In this document: piece by piece, positions 31,260 to 39,888 of the stretch | Numbering within the stretch: position 1 is the first letter of the stretch | How the letters are laid out: every line of letters starts with the position of its first letter | Source of the DNA: Myxococcales bacterium | Lineage (GTDB): Bacteria > Myxococcota_A > Bradymonadia > Bradymonadales > Bradymonadaceae | DNA length: 39,888 nucleotides | Direction: 5' to 3' | NCBI GenBank assembly: GCA_007131755.1 | Contig: SLPW01000101.1 | Coordinates: 1-39,888, forward strand | Notes under the pieces: model-generated | The model's database searches: none | What the model was told of the DNA's origin: nothing | Seen by the model: only the letters and a program-made list of their open reading frames with translations | Program-made: the position numbers and the translations under genes

Positions 31260-32207
31260 ATGAATATTCGACGACTTCTCTGGTGTAGTGCGCTGGCGTT
31301 GTGGTTTGCTTCATGTGGTTTTGATGGTGAAGAGGCGCCCAGGGAGGATGACGATTTGAAGTCGATCTGCGCTGTCATGGATTGCGACGCCGATAGCGGC
31401 TGGTATTGGGGAGGTGACGGCGAACGATGGGAGTTCAAGCCTCGAATGGACGATAGGGGTGAGGAGCAATCGCCGCAGGAAGAGGATTCACCGCAGGAAG
31501 AGGATTCACCGCAGGAAGAGGATTCACCGCAGGAAGAGGATTCACCGCAGGAAGAGGATTCACCGCAGGAAGAGGATTCACCGCAGGAAGAGGATTCGCC
31601 GCAAGACGAGGACGAAGCAACCAATGAGGATGGGGAAGATGACGGCGACGCCACGGAAGACGAAGGGGAAGGGAATCTCCAGCCGGGAGAAGAAGAGTCG
31701 GATGAAGTAGATGACGATCAGGGTCCTTTCGTTCCCGATCTTCAATGTGCAGACGACCCGTCGATCTGCCGTTTCTGCGGACCCGTGGGGGAGTTGGTGA
31801 CGGAATGTCCGCAAGGAGATCCGAGCTTCGAATGCCAGGTCTTCGAGCTGGTCAACGAGATTCGTGTCGACGAGGGCCTCAATGCCCTGGACTTCGACGG
31901 TACACTTGCTGAGGCAGCCATGATCCATGCCATGGATCTCAGCCTGTGCAATTACTTCGCCCACGACTCTTTGGACGGGACGGGGTTCTTTGAGCGCTGT
32001 TATGAGACGGGTTATGACGCCACCTGCACCGGGGAAAATATCGCCGGCGGCCAGCAATCGCCTCAGGCCGTGGTGAACGCCTGGATGGCCTCGCCGGGTC
32101 ACCGGCAAAATATCCTATATCCCCACCATACGGAGGTGGGGATCGGGTTTTTCGTGGGTGACGGGTATTATACCCGGTATTGGGTGCAGAATTTCGGGAG
32201 GCGGTGA
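31260..32207 (+). CDS. Lipoprotein with acidic (EEDSPQ)n repeat linker and C-terminal CAP/SCP (YkwD-like) domain
   Basis: Track ORF 31152..32207. The ATG at 31260 gives MNIRRLLWCSALALWFASCG (lipobox). CAP-domain blocks FELVNEIRVDEGLNAL, GENIAGGQQSPQAVVNAWMASPGHRQNIL and YWVQNFG. Confidence 0.8.
   Translation: MNIRRLLWCSALALWFASCGFDGEEAPREDDDLKSICAVMDCDADSGWYWGGDGERWEFKPRMDDRGEEQSPQEEDSPQEEDSPQEEDSPQEEDSPQEEDSPQEEDSPQEEDSPQDEDEATNEDGEDDGDATEDEGEGNLQPGEEESDEVDDDQGPFVPDLQCADDPSICRFCGPVGELVTECPQGDPSFECQVFELVNEIRVDEGLNALDFDGTLAEAAMIHAMDLSLCNYFAHDSLDGTGFFERCYETGYDATCTGENIAGGQQSPQAVVNAWMASPGHRQNILYPHHTEVGIGFFVGDGYYTRYWVQNFGRR
31473..31616 (+). repeat. In-frame 18-nt tandem repeat CCGCAGGAAGAGGATTCA, 7 near-perfect copies plus 1 degenerate copy
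   Basis: Units start at 31473, 31491, 31509, 31527, 31545 and 31563 (all identical). The unit at 31581 has 1 mismatch and the one at 31599 is degenerate. The array encodes PQEEDS repeats inside the CAP lipoprotein. Confidence 0.95.
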
Positions 32208-32208
32208 C

Positions 32209-34353
32209 TTATGGAAGGAAGAGTTCGCCCTCGATGGCAGCGTCCAGGACCAGGAATCCCTGTCGGATATCCATGGGGCGGGTCATACGCACGGTGAGCG
32301 CCATATCGGCCAACTCCGGAGCGTAGGGCTCGAGGGCATCCAACTCGGGGATGGGAAGCGAGAAGCTCAGTCCCTCGCCGAGTGCACCTTCCAATTCGGG
32401 CCAAAGAAGTTCGTCGATGAGGCTCATCAGGTCATTGGCGCTCATAAACGGTGTGTCCTCGGAGCTTTCGATCAACCAGAGATCGATGTGGGGGTCGTCG
32501 CTGATCTCGATGGCGATATCGTCGCCGGCGAAGACCAGATTTGCGCCGACGGAGATATGAGCGCCGAAGAGATCTTGTTGGTCCATCCAGTCCAGATTGA
32601 GTTCCAATTGGCCAAGACTCAAGATGAGGTCGTAGGGCTCGTTGCCCACGGGGGGAGTGACGACGGGGGGAAGTTTGCCGTTGGCGTGCCCGGCGTCGAT
32701 AAGACCTGCCAGTTCCTCGACCTGTTCAGTGATGTCGAGATCGAGAAGTCCCGCGCTCCATAGACTGTGAAGAATGGAATTGAGGAGGCTCAGATTGAGA
32801 GCAAGTTGGACGCGACTTTCGGCGAACATGGGGTTGGTGACGGCCTCGGCATGACTGATGGGAACGCCGGGATTATCGGGGAAGACAGGAGCGGCGTCGA
32901 CGTTCAACTCGGCGCTGATATACCCCTCGAGACCTTCGCCTCGGATGGGGAGGAGTTGACCGATCTGGCCATCAAAATCGATGGTCAGAGGGTCGGCGAA
33001 GTCGAGATCGAGGTCGAATTGCTGGTCTGCCAGGATCCCGTCGAGGGATTCGAAGAGGTCGAGGATCATGTCGGGGAGGCTGTCGACGAAGGCATCATCG
33101 ATGGCGTCGAGGACGAGCTCTTCGAGTTGGTCGCGCAGCATGCTGTCGGCCAACTCGAAGATGGCGTTGGCCTCGTCGCTATCGAAGTTCGGTTCTGCGC
33201 TCTCGACGGCCAGGACGAGGTCGGAGAGGTGGACGTGTATGTCCTCGTCGGGGCCCGTTTTTCCAACCTCCAGGTCGGCGAGGATGGAGACCATGGCCGA
33301 GAGGTCGCCGGCCAGATCGATGGTCTCGTCGGTCAGGGCGAGGAAGCCCTCGGTTTCGGCGCGCAGATCGGGGATCTGAGCGTAGAGTTCGAGACCTGTG
33401 TCGGTGGCGTTGAGTTCGATGCGCGAGTCGTTGATGGAGACGTCGGGCACGTTGAGGGTGAAGGTGTCGGATTCGACGACGGGGTTGGGGATTTCGTCGT
33501 TGAGATCGGCGTAATCCAGGATCAATTCCAGGATGTCCGTCAGATCCTCGGTGAGGATCTGTGATTCGGAGATCACCGTATAGGGCTGTCCGTCATCGAG
33601 GAAATTCTGACCGAGGCGAAGCAAAATGGCATCGTCGATGGATACGTGGATAGAGTCCTCGTCGCCACCGGGCTCGGCGTAGGTGGGAGCCCACAAGACG
33701 CTCGCAGAGGCGGTTCCGTCTTGAACGTTGACGCCGTCGAAGGCTCGAACGGTGATGTGGTTGACGCCGAAGCGGGGCTCGATCTGTGTGGCGAAGCGCC
33801 CGTCGGAGTCGACCTCCACGGTCTGGCCTGAGACGAGGACGAAGTCGTCGACCAGGTTCGGATCGGCGATGCCCTCGACGGGGATGGTCTCGTCGATATC
33901 GCCGCGGAAGAACTCGCCGGGAAGGGGCCGCTCCAGGATGACCGTGCCCTGGCCACTGGCGGAGGTGATCTCTCGATCGCCACAGACGTCGGTGACGGCA
34001 CCTGTGTCGCTGTCCAGCACGCATGCCTGGAAGGTGATGCGTCCTTCGGCGACGACGGTCCACTGCTCTTCGTCTTGCTCGACGTTATCGTCTGGGGTGA
34101 CCGTCCACTCCACGTCGACCCCCTCGATCTCCTCGCCATCCTGATCGTAGATCGTGGCCTCGGGGGTGACCGTCGTTCCGATGACGTAGGTGCTGCGGAT
34201 GGGAGTGATGTCGACGAGGACGAAATTGGCCGAGGGAGAGGCCGACGAGCCATCTCCGTCGCTCTCACTGCTGCTACAGGCGGATAGCGCCGGGAGCACC
34301 AGAAGGGTCGAGGCCACCAGGGCGATGGTTGTACGAAGCATTTGCTTATTCAT
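32209..34353 (-). CDS. Large acidic lipoprotein, paralog of the upstream 926-aa lipoprotein (function unknown)
   Basis: 714 aa. Lipobox LVLPALSAC. Ig-like beta domain(s). The C-terminal roughly 400 aa are alignable by eye with the neighbour (LLNSILHSLWSAGLL vs LLNQALHSLWRAGLF; SFSLPIPEL vs ALPALPIPSF). The start is 3 nt after the upstream stop. Confidence 0.7.
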   Translation of the reverse strand: MNKQMLRTTIALVASTLLVLPALSACSSSESDGDGSSASPSANFVLVDITPIRSTYVIGTTVTPEATIYDQDGEEIEGVDVEWTVTPDDNVEQDEEQWTVVAEGRITFQACVLDSDTGAVTDVCGDREITSASGQGTVILERPLPGEFFRGDIDETIPVEGIADPNLVDDFVLVSGQTVEVDSDGRFATQIEPRFGVNHITVRAFDGVNVQDGTASASVLWAPTYAEPGGDEDSIHVSIDDAILLRLGQNFLDDGQPYTVISESQILTEDLTDILELILDYADLNDEIPNPVVESDTFTLNVPDVSINDSRIELNATDTGLELYAQIPDLRAETEGFLALTDETIDLAGDLSAMVSILADLEVGKTGPDEDIHVHLSDLVLAVESAEPNFDSDEANAIFELADSMLRDQLEELVLDAIDDAFVDSLPDMILDLFESLDGILADQQFDLDLDFADPLTIDFDGQIGQLLPIRGEGLEGYISAELNVDAAPVFPDNPGVPISHAEAVTNPMFAESRVQLALNLSLLNSILHSLWSAGLLDLDITEQVEELAGLIDAGHANGKLPPVVTPPVGNEPYDLILSLGQLELNLDWMDQQDLFGAHISVGANLVFAGDDIAIEISDDPHIDLWLIESSEDTPFMSANDLMSLIDELLWPELEGALGEGLSFSLPIPELDALEPYAPELADMALTVRMTRPMDIRQGFLVLDAAIEGELFLP

Positions 34354-34356
34354 GGC

Positions 34357-37137
34357 TCACTGGACTCCGAAAGAACCGTAGAGTTCGAGATGACGCCGGT
34401 GCTGATCGAAGGAGGTGTTGTAGATCCCGATATCGGCGCTCTGGGGAAGATCGAATTCGGTCATATCGTCCGGGACTTCAAAGGACGGGATGGGCAAGGC
34501 GGGCAGAGCGGAGTTGAGGGATTGGTCGATGATGTCCTGGAGCAGGTCCTGGATGAAGTCCTCAAGGATATCTCGAGTTTCGGCGTTGAGCGAGATGCCC
34601 TGCGGAGAGAGGTAGAACTCGTCGATGGAGATGGCATCGAAGCTCAGTTCTTCTTCGTCGAGATTGATGCCCGTAGAGGCGATGGCACCTGCGGTGAGAG
34701 ACACGGGCTCATCGAAGATGCCGGGGTAGACCAATTCGAGGTGTGCCGCTCCGAGCATCAGGCGGGCGCCGTCGTCGGGATCGTCGCCGAAGTCGAGCAT
34801 CGGGGGGAGATCGACGGCCAATTCCACGGAGACGCCGTCGGGGAGGTCATCGCCCAGGGCCCCGCCAACGTTGGCGTGGAAAAGGCCTGCTCGCCAAAGG
34901 GAGTGAAGGGCCTGATTGAGGAGGACGACGTGTGCCCCGACGGCAGCGCTATGCTGGGGATTGAAGGCATTCGGCACCAGGAGGTTGGCGAGATAGGGGC
35001 CCGGCGGATGGGGCACGCCGAGACTGTTGGCGCCGGGGGATTCGCTGTCGGGCACATGAGGTGGACCGGGATAGATTCGGGGACCGAGGCCGAATTGGGC
35101 CTCGTCGGGATCGATCTCGATGGAGGAGAATCGAAAGTCGAAGTTCAGCCTCATTTCGTCGTCGCTGTCCAGCCGGGGAACGTCGAAGCTTGTGCCCAGG
35201 GACTCGACGTCCAGGCTCTCGAAGATCCCGCTGAAGAGGTCGTCGAAGTTGTCGGTGATGGCGTCTTCGAAGGTGTCTTCGATCACTCCCTGTAGGGTGC
35301 CCTGAAAGAAGGTATCGATGGCGCTGTACATGAGATCGGAGAAGGCGTTGCTCCCGGAGAGGCTGATATTTCCACTGTTGACATTGTCCACCTGGCGCAG
35401 GCTGAAGTTGGGTCGGCCGGAGCTGTCGAGCTCAAGGTCAGCAGTGACGTCGATGTCGAGAAAACCGATTTCAGCATCAGGGCTGAACGTAGCGCCCAGG
35501 CAGAGCGAAAAAGTATTCGTTTCGATGCGCAGATCGATGACGACATCGTAGAAACTGGCAGACAAGGTCAGGCCGCCGTCGACGAGGTTCATTGAAGTTA
35601 CGTGGGGGGTGCCGCTAAGTAGAATAACCTCTTGTATTTCCAACTCCCCGCCGCAGGTTCCGACATCGTATTTTTGTCCGTCAGCCAGTTCGTCGTTCAG
35701 GAGATCTTCGAGCCCCTGACTGTTGAGGGCGGTCATAATCAGGTCGTTGAGGCTGTTGAATTCTCCCTCGGTGAATTGCCCGTCGTCGACGGCGGGCTGA
35801 AAAAGACTCAGGGCGATGGCGTCGTCCAAAAAGGCGTCCTCCTCGGCCCAGGTGTCGGAGACGAGGAAGGCGCAGGTGCGCACGTTTTCCTCGCCATAAT
35901 AGTCGTGGGCGACGATATCGATGAAGTTGATGCCGTATTCGGTGTCGATTTCGGTATCGAAGTTCATCGCGCCCTTGGTGCCCGGATCGTCGAGGAGGAT
36001 TTCCTGGCCATTGACGAAGACGGCGTCGGTACCGTGGGCATCGGCGACGGTTCCCTCGAAGACGATGGGTTGACCGGGGGAGTGATCGATCATCTGCCCA
36101 TCGGCGGGGTAAATGCAGTTGATATCGGGGCCAGTGTCATTGACGATGATTACGATCTCTTCATAGAGGGGCTCGTCGTTGAAGGTGGGCTCGGTGACCT
36201 CGATGGTGATGGTATAGATGCCCTCGCTGTGGAATCGGAAGCGGCCTTCGCCGAAGGATTCGCCCGTGGGAAGAGCGTCGTATTCGATCTCGGGGCGGGC
36301 GATGCGATTGCCGTAGCGGTCTACGACGTGAGCGTCGACGGAGATGACCTGGCCGATGCCGTAGACTTCCTGGTTGGGCACGGGGGAGACGGACAATTCG
36401 GCCGGCAGATGAGGCAAGACCTCCAGGGGGGCTCCGAAGCGGTCGTCGGCGCCGTCGACGAGGCAACTGAAGGTGAAGATCCCGGCGATGGTGACGGTGG
36501 CGCTGAGGTTTTGATTGTCGACGACGATGCCGGAGGAGCTGGTATCGGCGATGAGCTCGACGTCGGCATCGGGGATGAAATTTCCGAATTCGTCGAAGAC
36601 TTCGCAACTGGCCTCGACGGCGTCGCCGGCCACGATCTGGTGATCGCTCAGAGAAATCGCCGTGGTGTGCGCCGGCCCCGGCTTGACGGTCAGGTCTACG
36701 GGATCGGTGTCCGTAAGCCCCAGTTGGTGAGATTGACAGGCCAATTTGGCGTCGCCGGCGCGGGTGGCGTAGAGTTCACCGCCGCTGGTCTGGAAGCCAT
36801 CGTCGGGAAATTGGAGAATCCGCGTCGAAGGGGCTTCATCTTCATCGAATTCGACGGGATTGCCTGCGCCGTCGACGAATTCACAACTGGCGTCGATGGG
36901 TTCGCCGGCGATGACCGTCGTGTCTTCGACGACGGTATTGATGGCGATGGCCTTGTCCGGGACCGGCGGTTCATCGAAATCGACGCCGTTGGCACTGCTG
37001 GTTCCGGTGTCGTCGGAGCCGCAGCCCACCAGCGGCAGCGAGAGGGCGCCCAGAAGGAGGGCGACAACGACAAAACCCGTGCAGCGGCGGGGAGTTCGTC
37101 GCAGCGAGGGTTTCGTGAGAAGATGCAGGAGATCCAT
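34357..37137 (-). CDS. Large acidic lipoprotein with three Ig-like repeats and a shared C-terminal domain of unknown function
   Basis: 926 aa. Signal/lipobox LSLPLVGC. Three about 90-aa repeats each carry a conserved ...AGD/EP.(D/E)ASCE... pattern. The C-terminal half is paralogous to 32209..34353. Confidence 0.75.
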   Translation of the reverse strand: MDLLHLLTKPSLRRTPRRCTGFVVVALLLGALSLPLVGCGSDDTGTSSANGVDFDEPPVPDKAIAINTVVEDTTVIAGEPIDASCEFVDGAGNPVEFDEDEAPSTRILQFPDDGFQTSGGELYATRAGDAKLACQSHQLGLTDTDPVDLTVKPGPAHTTAISLSDHQIVAGDAVEASCEVFDEFGNFIPDADVELIADTSSSGIVVDNQNLSATVTIAGIFTFSCLVDGADDRFGAPLEVLPHLPAELSVSPVPNQEVYGIGQVISVDAHVVDRYGNRIARPEIEYDALPTGESFGEGRFRFHSEGIYTITIEVTEPTFNDEPLYEEIVIIVNDTGPDINCIYPADGQMIDHSPGQPIVFEGTVADAHGTDAVFVNGQEILLDDPGTKGAMNFDTEIDTEYGINFIDIVAHDYYGEENVRTCAFLVSDTWAEEDAFLDDAIALSLFQPAVDDGQFTEGEFNSLNDLIMTALNSQGLEDLLNDELADGQKYDVGTCGGELEIQEVILLSGTPHVTSMNLVDGGLTLSASFYDVVIDLRIETNTFSLCLGATFSPDAEIGFLDIDVTADLELDSSGRPNFSLRQVDNVNSGNISLSGSNAFSDLMYSAIDTFFQGTLQGVIEDTFEDAITDNFDDLFSGIFESLDVESLGTSFDVPRLDSDDEMRLNFDFRFSSIEIDPDEAQFGLGPRIYPGPPHVPDSESPGANSLGVPHPPGPYLANLLVPNAFNPQHSAAVGAHVVLLNQALHSLWRAGLFHANVGGALGDDLPDGVSVELAVDLPPMLDFGDDPDDGARLMLGAAHLELVYPGIFDEPVSLTAGAIASTGINLDEEELSFDAISIDEFYLSPQGISLNAETRDILEDFIQDLLQDIIDQSLNSALPALPIPSFEVPDDMTEFDLPQSADIGIYNTSFDQHRRHLELYGSFGVQ

Positions 37138-37238
37138 GATGAAACTCTCGGCCAGAAAAAGGCAACATCACACAGCTATGTAAAAACGACGCGTCTGACC
37201 GATAAGAGTAGCGAGTGGGGGGGGAATATGCAAATTCA

Positions 37239-39032
37239 TCAGTCCTCTTGAAGGGACCGAATGGCGGGGGCGAGGTCGCCACGGATACAGCCGATACAGT
37301 CGCGCATACGGGAGCGACCGCATCCGCGGGTGGAGATCCTCTGATAGGCCTCGATGGTGGGGATGGCTTCGGGGTTGCCGATGGCGACCAATTCTTCGAG
37401 GTGCTCGCTCAGGGAGGGACAGCGCGCCTGGCGCATCTCGGCGGCGACGCGCTCCCAGTCCTCGAGGTTTCGGAGCTCACCTTCGTCCTCCAGGAATTTG
37501 TAGGCGGCATCGCGGGTGGCCCGGGGAGTGCCGGTGCGTGCGCGTTCAGCGACGACGCTGCGTACGGTGGAGGTGAGATGGTCGGCCAGTAGTTTTCGGG
37601 CCTCCTCGTTATTTGCGGAGGTCAACTGGTCGACCAGCGGTTCTACGAGGATCGGCTCATTGGCGTAGCGGCCGTCGAGATCGAAGAGGAGTTGGGCTTG
37701 TTTCACCCAGTCGATGGAGCGCCCTGCCTCCTTGTCGGCCTGCAGCGACAAAAAGCGAAGGTGAGCGTCGTCGGGATGTTCTTCGATCAGGGAGTCCAGC
37801 TCTTCACGAGAGCCCTGTTTTGCGGCTTCGATGGCCGCGGCGACCAGTTCATCGTCGAGCAGTGATTGGCGATCGGCCTCAATGGCCTCGGCTTGCCGAT
37901 CATCGTCGTCCATGAAGGTGTAGAGGAGCAAGCCGCCAGCGACGAGAGACGTAAAGAGAAAGACGAAGGCTACAAGCGCAAGAATGACACCGCGCTCGAC
38001 GACGGGAAGGCGCTTCCAGAACTGAACGCTCTTGCGCCCCGTCTCGCGGGTGACAGCGCTCATGGTCTGGGTGATGTCGGCGATGGGATCTTTGTCGTCC
38101 GTTGAGGGCGCAGTCTTTGGCGCCTCCAGTCTGCCGTCGAGTGCATCCAGAGCAGCGATGACTTCACCGGCGGAGTCGGGGCGGTTGTCGGCGTCTTTTG
38201 CCAGAAGTCGACCGACCAACTCCTCGAGGGCGGGAGCGAAGGTGATCTCCGGGCATCTTGCGTTCAGGGCGGGGATCGGTTCGGTGACGTGTTTGCCCAT
38301 GACCCGGGCGATATTGTCGCCGTCGAAGGGAGGTTGACCGGTGAGCATTTCGAAGAGGACGACGCCCAGGGCGTACAGGTCGGTTCGTGCGTCGACGTCG
38401 CTGCCGGCGACCTGCTCGGGCGACATATAATGGGGGGTTCCGTAGATCATGCCCTGGCGGGTCAGGCGCGTCGCCGGCTCTTCGTCGTCGTCATCGGATC
38501 CGGAGACGAGCCGGGCGATGCCGAAGTCCATGATCTTGACGAAATCCGGATCGCCCTGGCGCTCGATGAGCATCGTATTTTCGGGTTTTAGATCGCGGTG
38601 GACGATGCCCTGGTTGTGGGCGACCTCCAGAGCGGCGGCGATCTGACGGGCGATGTGGAGGGCCCGTTTGGCGCCCAGGTTTCCCTCGGAGTCGATGAGA
38701 TCCTGAAGGGTGCGACCCTCCAGGTATTCCATGACCAGAAAGAAGGCCCCTTCGTCGTTTTGGCCGAAGTCGGTGGCCTGACAGACGTTGGGGTGGTCGA
38801 GAGCGGCGGCGGCCCGCGCCTCGCGGTGAAAGCGGGCGACGATCTCTTCGTCCTCGCTCATCTCGCGCCGCAAGACCTTGATGGCCACCTGCTTTCGCAT
38901 CAAGACGTGTTCGGCGCTGTATACTTCGCCCATCGCCCCCTCTCCCAGCCGGGAATGGAGGCGATAGCGGTCTGCCAGAAGTTCGGCATCACCGCCATCT
39001 TCGAGCAACGTCTCTGATGTGGAGTCGTTCAT
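37239..39032 (-). CDS. Hanks-type Ser/Thr protein kinase with one TM helix and an alpha-helical extracytoplasmic C-terminal domain
   Basis: Motifs [29 protein letters not shown] and [12 protein letters not shown] helix [25 protein letters not shown]. The roughly 230-aa helical C-terminal region ends in a C..GC....DC..C cluster. Confidence 0.9.
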   Translation of the reverse strand: MNDSTSETLLEDGGDAELLADRYRLHSRLGEGAMGEVYSAEHVLMRKQVAIKVLRREMSEDEEIVARFHREARAAAALDHPNVCQATDFGQNDEGAFFLVMEYLEGRTLQDLIDSEGNLGAKRALHIARQIAAALEVAHNQGIVHRDLKPENTMLIERQGDPDFVKIMDFGIARLVSGSDDDDEEPATRLTRQGMIYGTPHYMSPEQVAGSDVDARTDLYALGVVLFEMLTGQPPFDGDNIARVMGKHVTEPIPALNARCPEITFAPALEELVGRLLAKDADNRPDSAGEVIAALDALDGRLEAPKTAPSTDDKDPIADITQTMSAVTRETGRKSVQFWKRLPVVERGVILALVAFVFLFTSLVAGGLLLYTFMDDDDRQAEAIEADRQSLLDDELVAAAIEAAKQGSREELDSLIEEHPDDAHLRFLSLQADKEAGRSIDWVKQAQLLFDLDGRYANEPILVEPLVDQLTSANNEEARKLLADHLTSTVRSVVAERARTGTPRATRDAAYKFLEDEGELRNLEDWERVAAEMRQARCPSLSEHLEELVAIGNPEAIPTIEAYQRISTRGCGRSRMRDCIGCIRGDLAPAIRSLQED

Positions 39033-39052
39033 TGGATAACGGTGCGTGGGGT

Positions 39053-39888
39053 TCAGTGAAGGGTCACTGCGGTGTCCATCTCAATTCCGAAGCCAAATTC
39101 GAAGCGGGGATCGGCGTCGGGTTGACGGGTATTTACGTTGATGGTGGCCCCGCGGGCCTGGAGATTCCACTGCGCGTCGACCACTCGCCCCCCGTCGACG
39201 TCGAAGAGGATACGGCCCAGAGCCTTTCCCGTCGATGCGCTATCGGTGCGCAGAGTGCCGGCATGATAGACGCCGGTGGCGCTGGTGTCCTTTTCAATGT
39301 CGATGACGGCGCAGAGGGACCCTGCGCAGGGGGCCCAATCGCCGAAAGTATAGGTCAAGCCGGCAGAATATTCGAGTTCGGCGGTGTCGTCGGTGACAGA
39401 CCAGCTAATGCTGTCGGTCCATCGGTCGCCGGGGCCGACGGGATCTTCGGGAAGGGGCGGGTGGCTCGCAGCGAAGTGACGGATGATCTCCTCGAGACTC
39501 GAGCGAAGCAAGGGATTTGTGGGCGGATGGACCTGGACGTCAGAGATGGCGCCGCGTTCACTGACGCGAAAGGTCAGCGCTGCTTCCCGAAGAACGGGAT
39601 GGACCTGCGTGGTATCGGTGAGCTCGTCGGGGGCGTCGAAGGCGCCAACGGCCTCGGCGACGTCGACCTGAATCAGGGAGTGAGAGTCATCTATCCCGTC
39701 GTCTTCATCGGCGAGCACCTGCATGGGCCAGCGAGGCAATCGGCGACGCGTATCTTCGTCGATGGGTCGATATTCCACGTGAAGTCCCGATTGATATAAG
39801 GGCGAAAAATCGGGGCGATGATCGTAGAGAAGTCGAAGTCCGCCGCGGACCTCATAGGACTTGGGTTTGTCGAAGTCGAAGCGAAGTA
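39053..39888 (-). CDS. Hypothetical protein, 5' end outside the window (first gene of the kinase/lipoprotein operon as seen here)
   Basis: The track gives 39053..39778 from a GTG. The same frame stays open for 36 more codons to the window edge (...LRFDFDKPKSYEVRGGLRLLYDHRPDFSPLYQSGLH-VEYRPIDED...) with coding-like codon usage. The stop is 20 nt upstream of the kinase start. No motif recognised. Confidence 0.55.
   Translation of the reverse strand, partial: LRFDFDKPKSYEVRGGLRLLYDHRPDFSPLYQSGLHVEYRPIDEDTRRRLPRWPMQVLADEDDGIDDSHSLIQVDVAEAVGAFDAPDELTDTTQVHPVLREAALTFRVSERGAISDVQVHPPTNPLLRSSLEEIIRHFAASHPPLPEDPVGPGDRWTDSISWSVTDDTAELEYSAGLTYTFGDWAPCAGSLCAVIDIEKDTSATGVYHAGTLRTDSASTGKALGRILFDVDGGRVVDAQWNLQARGATINVNTRQPDADPRFEFGFGIEMDTAVTLH

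Noticed and set aside
30917-31710. ORFs 30917..31654 (minus, SSSCGE repeats) and 31414..31710 (plus, RRKRIH repeats)
   Set aside because: They are alternative-frame or antisense readings of the 18-nt tandem repeat. The frame giving the lipobox, EEDSPQ linker and CAP domain is coherent.
34342-37251. Two long plus-strand ORFs (34342..35295 and 35632..37251) opposite the large lipoprotein genes
   Set aside because: Their G/D/V/E-rich translations mirror the acidic minus-strand proteins. The minus-strand ORFs have lipoprotein signals and internal Ig-like repeats and are paralogous to each other.
1-39888. Prophage, integrative element, toxin-antitoxin, restriction-modification or other known defence system
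   Set aside because: There is no integrase, recombinase, transposase, capsid/terminase, nuclease/helicase/ATPase-type defence hallmark, tRNA attachment site or compositional island. The only excisionase-like HTH is fused to a receiver-like domain and has no mobile context.

Overview
This is a GC-rich chromosomal segment (roughly 60% GC, estimated by eye) with about 30 protein-coding genes on both strands. I found no rRNA, tRNA, CRISPR array, transposase, integrase or recognisable phage or defence gene. The protein set is very acidic and D/E-rich. It includes many lipobox lipoproteins, a MYXO-CTERM-like sorting tail, a Hanks-type Ser/Thr kinase and a zinc-ribbon plus GYF module. I infer a Myxococcota/Bradymonadia-like deltaproteobacterial lineage from this. 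Recognisable housekeeping genes are a crotonase-family enoyl-CoA hydratase with an acyl-CoA carboxyltransferase beta subunit, pssA, a PlsC-type acyltransferase overlapping an SDR epimerase, prmC with a thioredoxin-like [2Fe-2S] ferredoxin, an AstD-like aldehyde dehydrogenase, a short-chain dehydrogenase and upp. Lineage-specific envelope genes are interspersed among them. The best candidates for something undescribed are: (i) a membrane protein at 25277-27955 with a cytoplasmic zinc-ribbon/GYF module and an apparently extracytoplasmic Fam20-like (secretory-pathway-kinase-like) domain; (ii) a minus-strand operon at 32209-39888 made of an unknown gene, a receptor-type Ser/Thr kinase and two large paralogous lipoproteins; (iii) a translationally coupled pair at 20097-25096, a 1117-aa membrane-anchored acidic coiled-coil protein and a secreted HEXXH/TPR protein. 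There are also several non-coding structures. These are an inverted array of 25/30-nt tandem repeats, a G-rich minisatellite with G-quadruplex motifs, a TIR-flanked 240-bp element, a perfect 18-bp inverted repeat and a perfect 18-nt in-frame tandem repeat. All domain calls come from motif recognition by eye, not database searches, and no function can be proven from the sequence alone. I see no canonical defence or mobile system in this window.
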